From Octopus bimaculoides (lineage: Eukaryota): DNA of 64,000 nucleotides. The position numbers and the translations under genes were made by a program. The stretch lies in assembly GCF_001194135.2 (NCBI RefSeq), contig NC_068987.1:107072373-107136372 (forward strand). Direction: 5' to 3'. Positions 25,421-38,326 of this stretch are shown one piece after another. Each line of letters opens with the position of its first letter. The first letter of the stretch is position 1. The notes under the pieces are model-generated. The model was not told the origin of the DNA and made no database searches. It saw only the letters and a program-made list of their open reading frames with translations.

Positions 25421-26488
25421 GGTATATATATATATATATACAATGCTCAAGCACAAAGATATAAACACGAGCTCACACATGCACACACAAATTTACAAAC
25501 ATACATGAATATATATGTATGTATATGTCTTCTCAGGTAACGTTCTTGTGTTCATGTCGCTTTCTTTTGTTCTCGGAACTTACTGGAATTATATGCGTAC
25601 TTGCAAGTATAAATTCATTCATAAATGTGCTTATTCGGACTCTTTGTGTTGCGAGTTCAAATCACGCTGTATTTTCTTTTGACTGAGGACTCAATCTCGC
25701 ACAGATCTGAAAAGACCAACTGGCCCGTGTGCATATTTAATGGAACACATTCTACAACATGCATCCGGATCATGTCTCCGGTTTGATGAAACCTTCAATA
25801 CTATCTTCCACACAGCCACCAAAATTGGACGGTTGCTGAAAGTTATTCTGTACTGCATATTTCTCTTGACAAAGCAGCGAAAACAAATGACAGGGTGCAT
25901 TAAATGTACGCTACTCACAAATATTGACATAAAATCCCGTGGTGGATTAGGTCTCACTGGCAAGAACGCAAACAGTTCATACGATTCCTTTTTTTTTCTT
26001 TTCTTTCTTAACTGTCCAACATACATACATACATACATGCATACATACACACACACATATATATACATACATATATATATATATATACATACATATATAT
26101 ATATATATATANNNNNNNNNNNNNNNNNNNNNNNNNNNNNNNNNNNNNNNNNNNNNNNNNNNNNNNNNNNNNNNNNNNNNNNNNNNNNNNNNNNNNNNNN
26201 NNNNNNNNNNNNNNNNNNNNNNNNNNNNNNNNNNNNNNNNNNNNNTTGCTTAAAAGAGTTCCAACACTGTCTGTTTTTTATGTTTTATTTATATTCCTGC
26301 AGAACTAATGTGGGGTATAGAATATGGAATATACAATATATAATATAATATACAATATATAATATAAAATAAAATAAAAATGGATGGCACCATGAAATAA
26401 AGTATTGAATGTAGATGAAATATTGAGTGTTCAATATAAAGGATCAAATATATAAATATATAAATATAAATATATATATATAAATAAA

Positions 26489-26528
26489 GGCGACTCGAGT
26501 TTCAGGGCTATTTCCCTTCGTCATGGCC
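26489..26528 (-). ncRNA. Minimal type I hammerhead ribozyme motif (Penelope-like-element type), core degenerate
   Basis: Minus strand: GGC | C(A)UGACGA | AGGG-AAAUAG-CCCU | GAA | ACUCGAGU C^ | GCC. Stem I is GGC/GCC, stem II is 4 bp, stem III is the palindrome ACUCGAGU, and the cleavage triplet is GUC. One extra A lies inside the CUGANGA core. Confidence 0.65.
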
Positions 26529-26570
26529 GGTATGACAATCTATATACGTATCTATGTATGTATATATATA

Positions 26571-27095
26571 TTTACTCTTTTACTCGTTTCAGCCATGCAG
26601 CTGTGGTCATGCTGGGACAGCACCATGGTCTTTCTGATTTACTTAGTCTGGGATGGTTCACATCAGCACTCCTCTATGTGCCTTTGTCACAGATGTTAGC
26701 CTATTTGGTGTATAGGGGAGTTTGATTCCGCTTCCCTTGTCTGCACGTTATGTCGGGGTGTTAGTTCATCCCGTATTGTGGAGAGTAGATATGTAGGTCG
26801 TTTTTTCAAGACATCTACTTCCACCTTACGCAGATTTCTTAATTTTTGTGGTAGAGCATTGGTGAACTATGGGCCTTTGAACTCTATACGATTGCAGTAC
26901 CTGGTCCTGAATATAGATGTAGTCGATGATACATTTTGTACAATACAATGGGTGGCCAGTTCTGGCATTTGTATAACACTCAATGCCGAAATTATGTACC
27001 AGCCCGTCTAGGGTCTTCCATATGAAGATTATTATATATGTGATGCGCCTTCCCTCCAGGGAGCAACGTTGCCGTGTTCTCAACCTAATATGCTG
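26571..27095 (-). mobile_element. CR1/L2-type LINE 3' end (ORF2 C-terminus, 3' UTR and AAGAGTA tail)
   Basis: Minus frame reads SLEGRRITYIIIFIWKTLDGLVHNFGIECYTNARTG, typical of the post-RT region of CR1/L2/jockey-group LINEs. Later reads DELTPRHNVQTREAESNSPIHQ*, then 'cccagcatgaccacagctgcatggctgaaacgagtaaaagagtaaa'. Confidence 0.75.
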
Positions 27096-27963
27096 TGATA
27101 GGACAAGAACTAGGGTTCTGGAAGTGTTCTGGCCGTAAACGATAGAGAGGTGTCACTAGAACCGTTTTGTTTTATACACCATTGAAACATAGCAAATTGT
27201 TGTGTGGTTATAAATTGTATTTTGTTATCTTCTATGTGTATTATTGAGTTTTATTTTACTCACATCTTAGCATCTCTCGCTGTGTCTTTGTATACTTTTG
27301 ATGATGATTGTTGTCATCAGCAGCATTGCTTATATCTACCTCCGAGAACATCGCTCGCTGCAAAGTATCCCATCATGCACCAGTTACTACACATGATGTG
27401 GGCTATAGTAATATGCACCTAGAGAATCATTTCCTCAAGCATAATGTCCACGGAAGTGAAGTGAAATAGCAGCAAGCTAGGAAGACAGCAAGCGGCGAAG
27501 AAAGATTGTTCAATCCATGCAATAGTCAGCTAGTGAGAACAGAAGTGGATCCATAGGTATTTCGTATTGGTGACGATAGCCATACCATCAGTGTGTGATG
27601 AATGAATGCGGTGATCTGGTGACGGGTATAGTTGAGGTGCATTTGGAGGAAAGATAGGGGCATAGTAGAAGTAACGGTAGTGTCGTGGGAAAGTGAAGGC
27701 CTATCGACTAAATTGGCACAGGCAAGGTGAAATTTCTAAGCCAGTGAGTGAATGTGTGGCTACCTGCCTGTGGCGTACTATAGGAGTTAGAAAAAAGAAA
27801 GAAAGGTTGTTCAGTGAATGCAATAGTGAGATGGTAGAAGAAGAGTAGTGTAAAGTTTTCAAAATTGTGACAAAAGTGAGTTTACACTGTAAAAAATAAA
27901 CAAAAAAAAGTTTGCATTTAGTCGTTTATTAGAATAAAGGTGCTAAAATGCGGGCTGGCAAAT

Positions 27964-28082
27964 ACTTACGGCTATATCACGTTGAAAGCACCGGTTCTCG
28001 TCTGGTCACCGAAGTTGAACAACTTCGAGCCTAGTGAGTACTTAGATGGGTGACCGATTGAGAAACTTAGGTGATGTAAGCG
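27964..28082 (+). rRNA. 5S rRNA-like copy (probably pseudogene or variant)
   Basis: 119 nt: acttacggctatatcacgttgaaagcaccggttctcgtctggtcaccgaagttgaacaacttcgagcctagtgagtacttagatgggtgaccg...gtaagc. It matches the metazoan 5S consensus, with terminal stem cttac/gtaag and T-runs downstream. Confidence 0.85.
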
Positions 28083-28776
28083 TCTAACAATTTTTGTTAT
28101 ATTTTTGGTTTTCTTTTCAAAGAAAATGTGCCTATCTTTTTCTTTCTTCTTGTCTGTCTTGTCTTTGTTTCAATCACTTCTATTGCGAGCGTCGTCGACC
28201 GTTCTCTCTTGCAGTTGCGTGCTCTATGCTTTACGTGGCTTTCAACATTTCCAAATGTTTTTCTTCACAACGCTACATCTTGTTGCACAGAGTTTTTCTG
28301 AATATTTTATCTTCGTTCCTCCGTTGATTGATTCATCTGTACGTGCTAACACTTTTCCCCTCATAGTTAGTTCATTCCTAAAATAATCAAAGGGAAATGA
28401 TTAAGTAGGAGAGCCGAGTAAATTGATTCTGCCCATACTTATGGTTAAAATAAAGTTTAATAGTTGGGCAGGATTCAGCAGGGAGCCAATATGTTGTGGT
28501 AAGAGAAACATATTCAGTTGTATGAATACCGTGGTAGATTTAGTGAAACTTGCAGAAAACTAGGGACGTGTAGTGGCTAGGATTGAAAGAGAAAGTAAAC
28601 ATTGGCAACAGTTATTTCCTTTGGCAAAGTAAACGTCTCAATGTGCAGTGAAAGTAAGGCATGGAAACTGGTGCGTGCAACTATGTATATTTGTGTGCAA
28701 AGGAAAACCGAAAGAAGACAGAGACTTGAAGTAGTGCAAAATGCAAGAATAAATCGGGAATAAAATGATAGAAAGG

Positions 28777-28895
28777 CGTTTACAGCACCAAGGTTTCCCA
28801 AGCGGTTACTCATCTAAGTACTAACTAGGCTCGACGTTTCCTAACTTCGGTGATCGGACGAGAACAGGTGTTTTCGTAGTGACATGGCTGTTTTC
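28777..28895 (-). rRNA. 5S rRNA-like copy (pseudogene; 5' end decayed)
   Basis: Reverse complement reads ...cagccatgtcactacgaaaacacctgttctcgtccgatcaccgaagttaggaaacgtcgagcctagttagtacttagatgagtaaccgcttgggaaaccttggtgctgtaaac. Confidence 0.85.
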
Positions 28896-29321
28896 TGATA
28901 CCTTGGCGGCTGATGAGTATTTGAGATTCATACAAGCCTCTGGTTGCTCAGGATCTCTATCCACCGTCATGAAGCGCTTCGACTGGCCTGCAGGATACTG
29001 AGGCCTATTTCCTCGAATTGTAACTTTCAAATGAAGCTTATCTGCTCACTAGGCTGGCAGGCGATGACTAACTGTTCAGTCTAGATATATTTCAACTACT
29101 AGAGAATGGACTACGCGCTTAAATAAACGAGACCGTATTTCCGTAGCATCATTGATCCACGGAGTTTATAGTTATGGATTATTTAGATCTGACACGGCAT
29201 ACACTACGCTACCATAGCCACAGAATAACCATTGTCGCTGTGCATTATTATAATTTATGTCAATCTAATGCAAAGTGCTCAAAATCAAACTTTGCTTTAT
29301 AATTAACATCTAAGAGAAATA

Positions 29322-31903
29322 CAGGCATACCTCACTCTACGCCGTTAATTGTTTCCAGGCGACATGAATTTAGTGGAAAAGTGACTTAAGTCGAATTAGC
29401 TTGCCTCAAGGCTAGGCTAGGCCGAATTTACTTGTCTCTAGGCTACACTGATAATAACCATTCCTAGTTTTGCACTTTATTTATGAATGCGTTTTCAATA
29501 ACACGTGGTTAATAAAAACCTATTTTAAGCTTACAAACAAATAATTTTAATTTTTTTAATACAGTATAGTAAGAAAAGAAAACGTAATCTAAATGTACGA
29601 ATACAATTTGGCGGTGTTTACAGGACATCGCCGACGCTTTATTTATGAATGCGCTTTGCAATAAGACATGGTAAAATAAAAGACTTCGTTAAGCTTAAAA
29701 AACAAATTCAGTAATTATTATTATTTTGCAATAATAGAAAAAAAATTATTTATATTTATCAATACGTGCATACAATATGGTGGTTTACATCGCGGATGTA
29801 GATGGCTGTAGATCGTCAACATCAACAGCCGCTGACTCTGGCTGTTCTTGTTCGAGGCGCTTAAAGAATCCTTTGAGAGTTCCTTGAACTGCCTTCTTCT
29901 CTTCCTCAAGTATTACATTATAAGGAGCAAAAGCTTCGTGACAAACCCTCATAATCTTAGAAAAGCGTTGAGTATTTGAATCCATATCGTCGACCATAGA
30001 ATTACATTTTTCGATACATGCAAGTGCTTGCTGCATTTTCTTAATGGTAAAGTGACGTGGCTCAGCTTCGACATCCTCTACCTTCTGGAGAAGCTCCATT
30101 ACCAAAGCCTCGTTCGTCAGGGGCTGCGTGTCTTTTTCAAATAAATACATTTCCAGTTCTTTGCTCGTAGTTACCAACATTTTGTTGACGGTAATATTAA
30201 AAACATTCACGAATTGCGGACATAGCTACTTCCATACACCATTCATAACCGTGCTCTGTACATCATTCCATGCCACTGCTATGTTCTGTACAGCCTTGCA
30301 GATACTGTATCTCATTCAAAAGTCTCCAAGTGTGATGGATTCATCAAGATCAGTTGCAGCTATTGCTCGCCGATGGTTACGCTTCTTATAGTAACGCTTG
30401 AAGATAACAATTATTCCTTGATTCATTGGCTGCAGAAGAGATGTGGTGTTCGGAGGGAGGTATACGATGGTAAAATTGGGGTCAAGATCTACGATGTTTT
30501 GCTAGGAGCATTATCTAAGATAAATAAAACCTTAAAACGAATCCTTTTCTCCTTACAGTACTACTCTGCTACTAGAACACAATGATTGAAGAACTATACT
30601 TCAAAAACAACACCAGTAATCTATGCTTTTAAATTAGCCATCCATATAACAGGGAGAAATGCCTTGGGTATGGTCTTCAGGGTACGAAGGTTATGTGTAT
30701 GGTACACAAGTAATGGCTTTAACCTAAAATCTCCTGCACAATTACTTCCCAACATAATGGTCACACGTTATTTTGAGCTGTGTACTCTGGAATAGTTTTT
30801 CCCCTATTTGGAAATGAATGAAGCGCCTGGCAATTTTTTCCAATACAATCCAGTTTCGTCTACGTTAATAATCTGTTCGCGAACAAACCCGTTTTCTTCG
30901 ATGATTTTCTTTAATGCATTAGGAAATTCCGCTGCTGCTTGTTCATCAGAAGATGCGCTTTCACGTTGCATCTTAATTGAGTGATAACTTCTTCGCTCTT
31001 TAAATCTCATTAACCATCTCATGACTTGCCTTGAACTCTACATCTTTCTCATCTGGGTATTTTTTCTTCAGGTCCTCAAACAAATACAGTGCTTTCTCTT
31101 GAATGATTTCTTGACTAATAGTAGCACGCTGAAGATTCAATCTAGCAATCCAGAGAGAAAGAAGACTTTCTATTTCTTCAAAGATTTTGCCTCTTTTCTT
31201 ACTGAAAACAAAGTTCTTCATCCCTGGGGCTTCAAATTTGATATGTGCTAAAACCTTGTCCTTATTATGTTCAATCGTCGATTCAATTTTCCAACTCATC
31301 TCAAAAGATCGTGCAATTGCTACTACGTTTTCACCTTTTTCATGGTGTTTTAAAATAACCTGTTTATCTTCAGGCATTATAGCATGATGCTTCGCACTTC
31401 CACTATGAATTTTCTTAGGGACCATGAGGGCAAAAAACAAAGTCACAAATGAATGAGAATGAAAAAAGTAGCCGATAAATAGTTGTAAACAAATCTGAAT
31501 TCAAAACAATCGCGGGATCACGATTGACAACGGCGCCTAACGGTAGATATTGGAATTACAATGAAATATAAACTCAGAAAAACCTATCAATAAGACAACA
31601 CAGCTGATTTCATGATTTAGCTCACTAATCTAAACTACTTTATGGTGTGTATCTTAACATTAACTGTACGTATTTTAATATGATTTTAAATGCTTTTATT
31701 CTTATTTATTGTACACTAGTATCATTGTATGTGTTTTTAACAGTTTTCTAGTGATTTTACGATTCCAACATTTGCGGAAGACAGACGTATAGTCGAGTAA
31801 AAAAACGTAATTTGACTTTTATTCTTTCCTTATATTATTTTTGAAAACCGACGTATAATCGAGAACGACTTAAATCGAAACAACTTACGGCTAGGTATGC
31901 TTA
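29322..31903 (-). mobile_element. Near full-length Tigger/pogo DNA transposon
   Basis: Left end ta|caggcatacct (Tigger-type TIR), right end aggtatgctta|ta. Contains a fragmented CENP-B-HTH plus DDE transposase. Confidence 0.85.
29785..31446 (-). pseudogene. Tigger/pogo transposase, frameshifted
   Basis: Segments read ...EEIESLLSLWIARLNLQRATISQEIIQEKALYLFEDLKK...FKASH, then RFKERRSYHSIKMQRESASSD...QIINVDETGLYWKKLP (N.DETGL motif), then the C-terminus QGTLKGFFKR...QPSTSAM. Confidence 0.9.
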
Positions 31904-32507
31904 TAGACTTTAAGCTAATACGCGTATATCATGTCTGTTTGATACACAAAGGTAAATGCATTATCACTTTGCTACGAAAGATGGGCAGTACCTATTAACA
32001 TTTATACGCCTGGGATGATATCGTGGAGGAAGAGAAAAGTACTCTCAGACAAAGGACTTGGCTGGACGTCAGCAATAGAAGACTCCGCTTAAGAACACAA
32101 CGGATCGGGTGGCGGGTCTTCTTACGGGTGACAAATTTGCCTGTCAAACAATTTGGTTACAGTGTGATTTAGATGCGAACTTAGAGAATTACGAATTTAT
32201 TTGGATCTTTGCCAGATCCACTTTGATGATTTTACGTTTCTACTGATTCTGTTTTTTTTTTTTTTTTGGTAGGAATTTATGTAAAGGCCCTAAAAGTTTG
32301 AAAGGGAAATTCAACCTCGATAGATTGATTTTGGACTTGAACTCAGAATGAAAGGAGCCAGATTAAATATTTCCTTGTNNNNNNNNNNNNNNNNNNNNNN
32401 NNNNNNNNNNNNNNNNNNNNNNNNNNNNNNNNNNNNNNNNNNNNNNNNNNNNNNNNNNNNNNNNNNNNNNNNNNNNNNNNNNNNNNNNNNNNNNNNNNNN
32501 NNNNNNN

Positions 32508-32578
<71 letters not shown>

Positions 32579-32811
32579 TTGTGTGTGTGTATAAGTATAT
32601 ATATATATATATGTATATATGTGTATACGTGCGTATACGTATATATATATATACCGGTATGTGTGTGTTGCGTGTGCGTGTGCGCGTGTGTGTATGGAGA
32701 GAGACACAGAAAAAAGAAAGAAAGAGAGAAAATACGTAGGTGGATATATATATATAGGGACTGAAAACCATAAATACATACGTACATTCAGCCATTCGTA
32801 TACACACACAG

Positions 32812-32849
<38 letters not shown>

Positions 32850-33386
32850 TAATACACACTTATACACACATATATTTAACATTCTCCATTCTAGTTTCTT
32901 CTCCAAATTTAGGGTGTCTGCCCAGTAGACCATTTCAATATTGTTGTCGCAGAATTGAAACTAACACGATATAGTTAAAGATCTAATCTCTGTATAAGTA
33001 GACAGGGCTGAATACATGGCGTCCTATTTTATTAGCAAATTTTATTACAGTGAAAATAGTGGAGATATTTGGTCAGGTGTGCATGCGTATACACAATTAT
33101 ACGTATGTTTTAGCAACTAAAACTATATTTATGACTGCAATTTTTCATACGATTATCAATATACCTATCAACACGCACACACATATACACACACGCATAT
33201 TCACTCCATATGTATGTGTGTTTATATATAGATAGTATATGTATATATATATATATACTTCTTTGTAAAAAAAACATTTTCATTCTCCTTCTTCTTGATA
33301 ATTTGCTTTTCCGCAATAAAAACCGGTTAGAAAAAATCTTTATTAAAATATGCTTCCAGTTCAGCATTCTGGCTTTTTTTCATTTT

Positions 33387-33426
<40 letters not shown>

Positions 33427-35883
33427 CATATTTACATACATATGTATATATATTTCTGTATAAAGAGTAACGATGGATGGACAGACGGACGGGCGGACGG
33501 ACGGACAGACAGACAGACAGATAGATAGATAGATATTTATGTATGTATGTATGTATATTTTGGGGTTGTGAAATATCTCGAAGTTGCTGTGTGACTATAG
33601 TTGTACATACAGAGTTAATATAATGTGACGACTCACTCATTTTTTTTTTACATTGGAAATTATCATAGTAGTTTAATAAATACAGATAGGATAAATAAAA
33701 TAACGAACTGGAAACAGTTTATTCGTCTCGATGCGATCAACAACAAAACACCCAATAGAATACCATGGCGTGTTCGCAATCCAGTACATATATATAGTTA
33801 TACACAGACACACACTCACAGGTACACACACACACGTATACATACCTGGATACATACATTAATATATTCATACATATAGGTACATATATACTTGCGTGTA
33901 TGTATATGGAGGTACACATATCCATACTTACATATATACAGACTCAGCCACTTATACATACTTATACACTAGAGCATACGTCTGGTCCATATACACATTA
34001 TTTTACAAAAAAATTCCGCGTTTATGCAGAAGTAAAACAAACTATTTTTAAAACAACGGAACGTCTTTAATCTTCCTGATCATGTTTGTCACCTGGAAAG
34101 AAACTCTTCCTGCTACTCTTTTAAATGCTAATTCATAAGAAAACAACAGCGCAGCAATAACCGCACTACTTCCTATTCAAACCCAAATGGCCACCGTGAT
34201 TTACCTAAAGCAAATAGAAAGCGTTACTCTTCAAAGGAGCGTTTGTAATATAATCGTTCTTCAGAAGCGAAACGATGTTCATAACTCCTTCACCTTTTAT
34301 ATATGGACAGAATTATTAGCATTACCCTTTCTAAACACTTGGTTACAAACAGTAGATATTAAATCTCATAAATTTTACTTTAGTAATATTATCAAATACT
34401 TAAAGCATACAGCAGAACACTTCTTTCAAATTTTCAAGGGACAGGCGGCGTACTTCAATATCTTTGATTTTTGAAAAAATCTGTGATATTGTACGCATTG
34501 TTAGTAATCTTTAGAAAAGAAAGCAGCTTTTAAAATTCTATTGAAGCTAAGTAAGAGGACTATAAAAGCCATGTAGTATTGCAAATCTTAAATGAATATA
34601 ATTGTCATTGAATATTAGCAATATAGTAATCAAATTTGTTAAAGTAAAGTAAGAAAAAAAAAAAGACATGAAATAAGTGTTTTTCATAAATGTAATCAAT
34701 TTTGTATTTTTTCTTAAAGATATATTTTTTCATGAAGATATTCAAGTGAAATTGTCTCCGATACGTTAAAAAGTAGTATTTTTTTTTTAAATGTGACATA
34801 TATAAGAATCTTTATAACATCAGAAATATGTGTCCCTTTATATAAAGAATAGAGTGCAGTGCTGTTAAGCACCAACAAGCAAGTATAGACCAGTGCACAA
34901 ATACAGTAGGATCCCATTAAAGAACGAGAAAGTGTTGGACATTTTTGTTCAACTGTAATTATCAAAGCAATTAATAGACATAAACTAAATCTGTAGACAT
35001 ACTTACGGTAAGAAAAGTTAACAGAATTTTCGTTTGATACAGGAAATATGGATTCGAGTGGTTTTCGTCTTTAATGCCAATACGTAAAAGCAACGGGTGT
35101 TTTCATTTATTAAGCTACATTTGTTAGTGTGAATCATTTTTCATGACATCCATTACACTTGTCCCGCCAAAATTAACTCAGTTTTTAAAATACTGTCATG
35201 ACTAGGTATTTATTTTGATATATAAAGTCGACCATGATATCTAATATCACAAACCTTAAGCAACTTGTAACCTTCAGTAAGTTTCTGATAGTTTTCTCTC
35301 CATCACCTGCGTCAAGAACTCAATTACGGAACGTGGCTTCTGCATGAAACCAGTTTATTGCACTGAAACTAAGAAATATTCAGCGAAGAGGTATTATAAA
35401 GGAAATGTTACTCTACCAACACTTATATTTGTTAATGCAAATTTATATCACTTTTGCATTACTTTCGGATCGAACAGTGTAAAAATCGAAGATAGTTATA
35501 TTGTCAAATTTCTTCATTCACAAAGATATATAGGAATAAATATTGCAACATTTTAGTCATGAGAAAATTACACGATATATATTTATATGTGCGTGTGTGT
35601 ATCCCCAACTTTCCAGATATCCAGTTTGTCTTTTTATATATAGAATGCCAATTATAGAGGATTGTTGATAATCGAAATTATCGTTCCTTCTCATCTGCAA
35701 TTGATATAAATTACAAATGCCACCTAGTGGAGTAATCTACCCTTTCTCGAAGTTGAGATAATTTCAATAAATTAAGAGTTTACATTGTATGTTATTTAAA
35801 ATACCCATATTCCTTTAAATATATATATTCACACACACACACACACGCACACATTAACACGCGCGTACACACATATACATATA

Positions 35884-35926
<43 letters not shown>

Positions 35927-36557
35927 TTGCGCTCTCAGAAGAAAAGCAAACGTCCAAAAGGAAAGGTTCTCCACTCCAACTGAACTCAATTAAATCTTCT
36001 ATCACCTCTTTATTGAAATAGTATTATTAAAATAAACTCACTTTCAAACAGGCAGTTTTATACTATAGAATAAACCAGGAGGGGTCTTCTGTAAGTTGAT
36101 ATCAAGGAGGTGTCATAATAGAAAATGGAAAAAGTAAGCACAAAACATCCCCAAAACCTAAGCGACTTCACCAAATATTTTCGTGTAATTTTAAAAGGTT
36201 ATCTGCATGAATTGCTTTCTATATAATATTGTGATTCTACGAACGGCAATGGGTTACAAACACGATTCTACAGCTGATCCCCCCAATTAGTGTTGCTAAA
36301 GAAATAAATAATAACATGGCTCTGTGGCTGTATACAAATAAGACAACACGAAAAACATAAAAGAGTCACGACTGAAGGCAACGTTCCATTGTTGTATTAT
36401 TAATCCGTGATGGTTAAAACGAACGAAACATACGCACACGCATACACATACACACATGCACTCACACACATACATATGAATGCCTAGTGTATAGTCTCAC
36501 ACATATATCTACTATACATGGATGCATAAATACATACATATATACATTCATATACAT

Positions 36558-36599
<42 letters not shown>

Positions 36600-37018
36600 G
36601 CATAAATTCATCTAGATAAATAACTTGCTAAGTTCACCCACACACTTAGCCAAATACTCAGAAACACTTCAACGTGAGCGCGCATACATCCGCACATCTC
36701 TGCTTACATACAAGTGTGTTTGTGAGTGTGTGTCTGTCTGTGTGTGTGTGTGCACTCGTAGAGCTGTTGTGCGCACGCGAGTGTTGTAGTTACAAGACAC
36801 ATGCTCTGCAGCTTCATCTTTCAAATAACAAGTCTCTTTTCATGTCTTACTAATATTTTCTTAAAGGTTTCTCGACGAAAATACTTTTCAATGTCGTGCT
36901 TTCTGCTTAGAGTAAGGAGAACCCATGAGCTTTTCATAATAGATTATTGGTGGAATATGAATTTTGGCGTTTATAATTCAGACATAATTACGCAGGGTTT
37001 ATTTCTGCTTATTGTGTA

Positions 37019-37399
37019 GGCGCAATGGCCCAGTGGTTAGGGCAGCGGACTCGCGGTCATAGGATCGCGGTTTCGATTCCCGAACCGGGCGTTGTGAGTG
37101 TTTACGGAGCGAAAACACCTAAAGCTCCACGAGGCTCCGGCAGGGGATGGTGGCTACCCCTACTGTACTCTTCCACCACAACTTTCTCTCACTCTTACTT
37201 CCTGTTTCTGTTGTGCCTGTAATTCAAAGGCTCAGCCTTGTCACACTGTTTCACGCTGAATATCCCCGAGAACTACGTTAAGGATACACGTGTCTGTGGA
37301 GTGCTCAGCCACTTGCACGTTAATTTCACGAGCAGGCTGTTCCGTTGATCAGATCAACTGGAACCCTCGTCGTCGTAAGCGACGGAGAGCCAACAACAA
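37019..37399 (+). mobile_element. tRNA-derived SINE, family A head with tail type 2, ending in (CAA)n
   Basis: Same head and body as 743 and 4631 but a different 3' module: 'cctgtaattcaaaggctcagccttgtcac...ggaaccctcgtcgtcgtaagcgacggagagccaacaacaac'. Confidence 0.9.
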
Positions 37400-37501
37400 C
37401 ATCTCTGCTTATGATAAGCAGAAAATGTAAATGTCCGTTTTGTAGGTGTACTTCGTTCATAACCAGTGTTTTATATTCGTTGGTACCTGTGTAAAACATA
37501 A

Positions 37502-37729
37502 ATATATTATGAAAAAACGATTTCCGATATAATTTTGTTTGTTGTTGTATGGTGTATTGCAATGGATATAATCTTTGTTTACCTCGACGTTATTCTGGCG
37601 GAAGGTCGCAGTGATTATATGCTCGATATATTATTCGCAGTGATGCAGTATACATCATTCTTAACTCCATGCATATATAATATTTTTAGTCAGAAATATT
37701 GTTGCAAAACTGTCGTATGTGGGACTTAA
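37502..37729 (+). pseudogene. Possible rhodopsin-class GPCR TM6-TM7 remnant
   Basis: EKTISDIILFVVVWCIAMDIIFVYLDV...LDILFAVMQYTSFLTPCIYNIFSQKY has two hydrophobic stretches and TPCIY where NPxxY would be. An in-frame stop lies just upstream. Pattern resemblance only. Confidence 0.3.
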
Positions 37730-38214
37730 AACACTTTTGAAAAATGCTAAACTGATGTACAGCAGTTTGACAATTTTCATTCGAAGCAGATGCAGATAAG
37801 ATACTTTGACCAAAAGAACTGTTTATCCGAAGTAAAAGTTAATATTGCGGAAAAAATCACATACGACAATTTAACATAAAAGCAATGGTATATTTTAGTG
37901 CGTTTAGGAATGTAAATGTATAAATACACTTTTGAGTAGTACAACAGCATTTTGCAGAATAATTTTGTAGGCCTCACATATACACAAGTTTCTCTTTCTA
38001 CATATAGGCATTTCTCCATTAAACCGTAAAGCGCGCGCACACACACGTACACACACACACACACACACACACCCACACAAACACACACACGCACACAGAT
38101 ATGTGAATTAAAGTGTGTTTTCAACGTTATGAGCAAATGAATTGCCATTTTGTCATTCGAATAGAATCCACAAGTTAACAAATCGTGTATGTAGCAGAGT
38201 AATTGTAGAAGTAG

Positions 38215-38326
38215 TGGCAACAGCAGCAGTAGCAGCAGCAGCAGCAGTAAGCAGCAGCAGCAGCAGCAGTAGAAGTAGTAGTTTTAGTGGTGGTGGTGGT
38301 GGTGGTGGTGGTGGTGGTGGTGGTAG
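38215..38326. repeat. Compound (GCA)n/(GTA)n/(GGT)n trinucleotide microsatellite
   Basis: Direct inspection. Confidence 0.9.

Noticed and set aside
25691-25990. Overlapping open frames on both strands in non-repetitive DNA
   Set aside because: No recognisable motif or convincing splice-site pair.
32025-32110. WDDIVEEE...WLDVSNRR, faintly like an RTE ORF2 C-terminus
   Set aside because: Too short and degenerate to call.
37019-37090. tRNA-like sequence (also at 743, 4810-4884, 7724, 57170-57240)
   Set aside because: No complete cloverleaf or acceptor stem; each continues into a SINE body.
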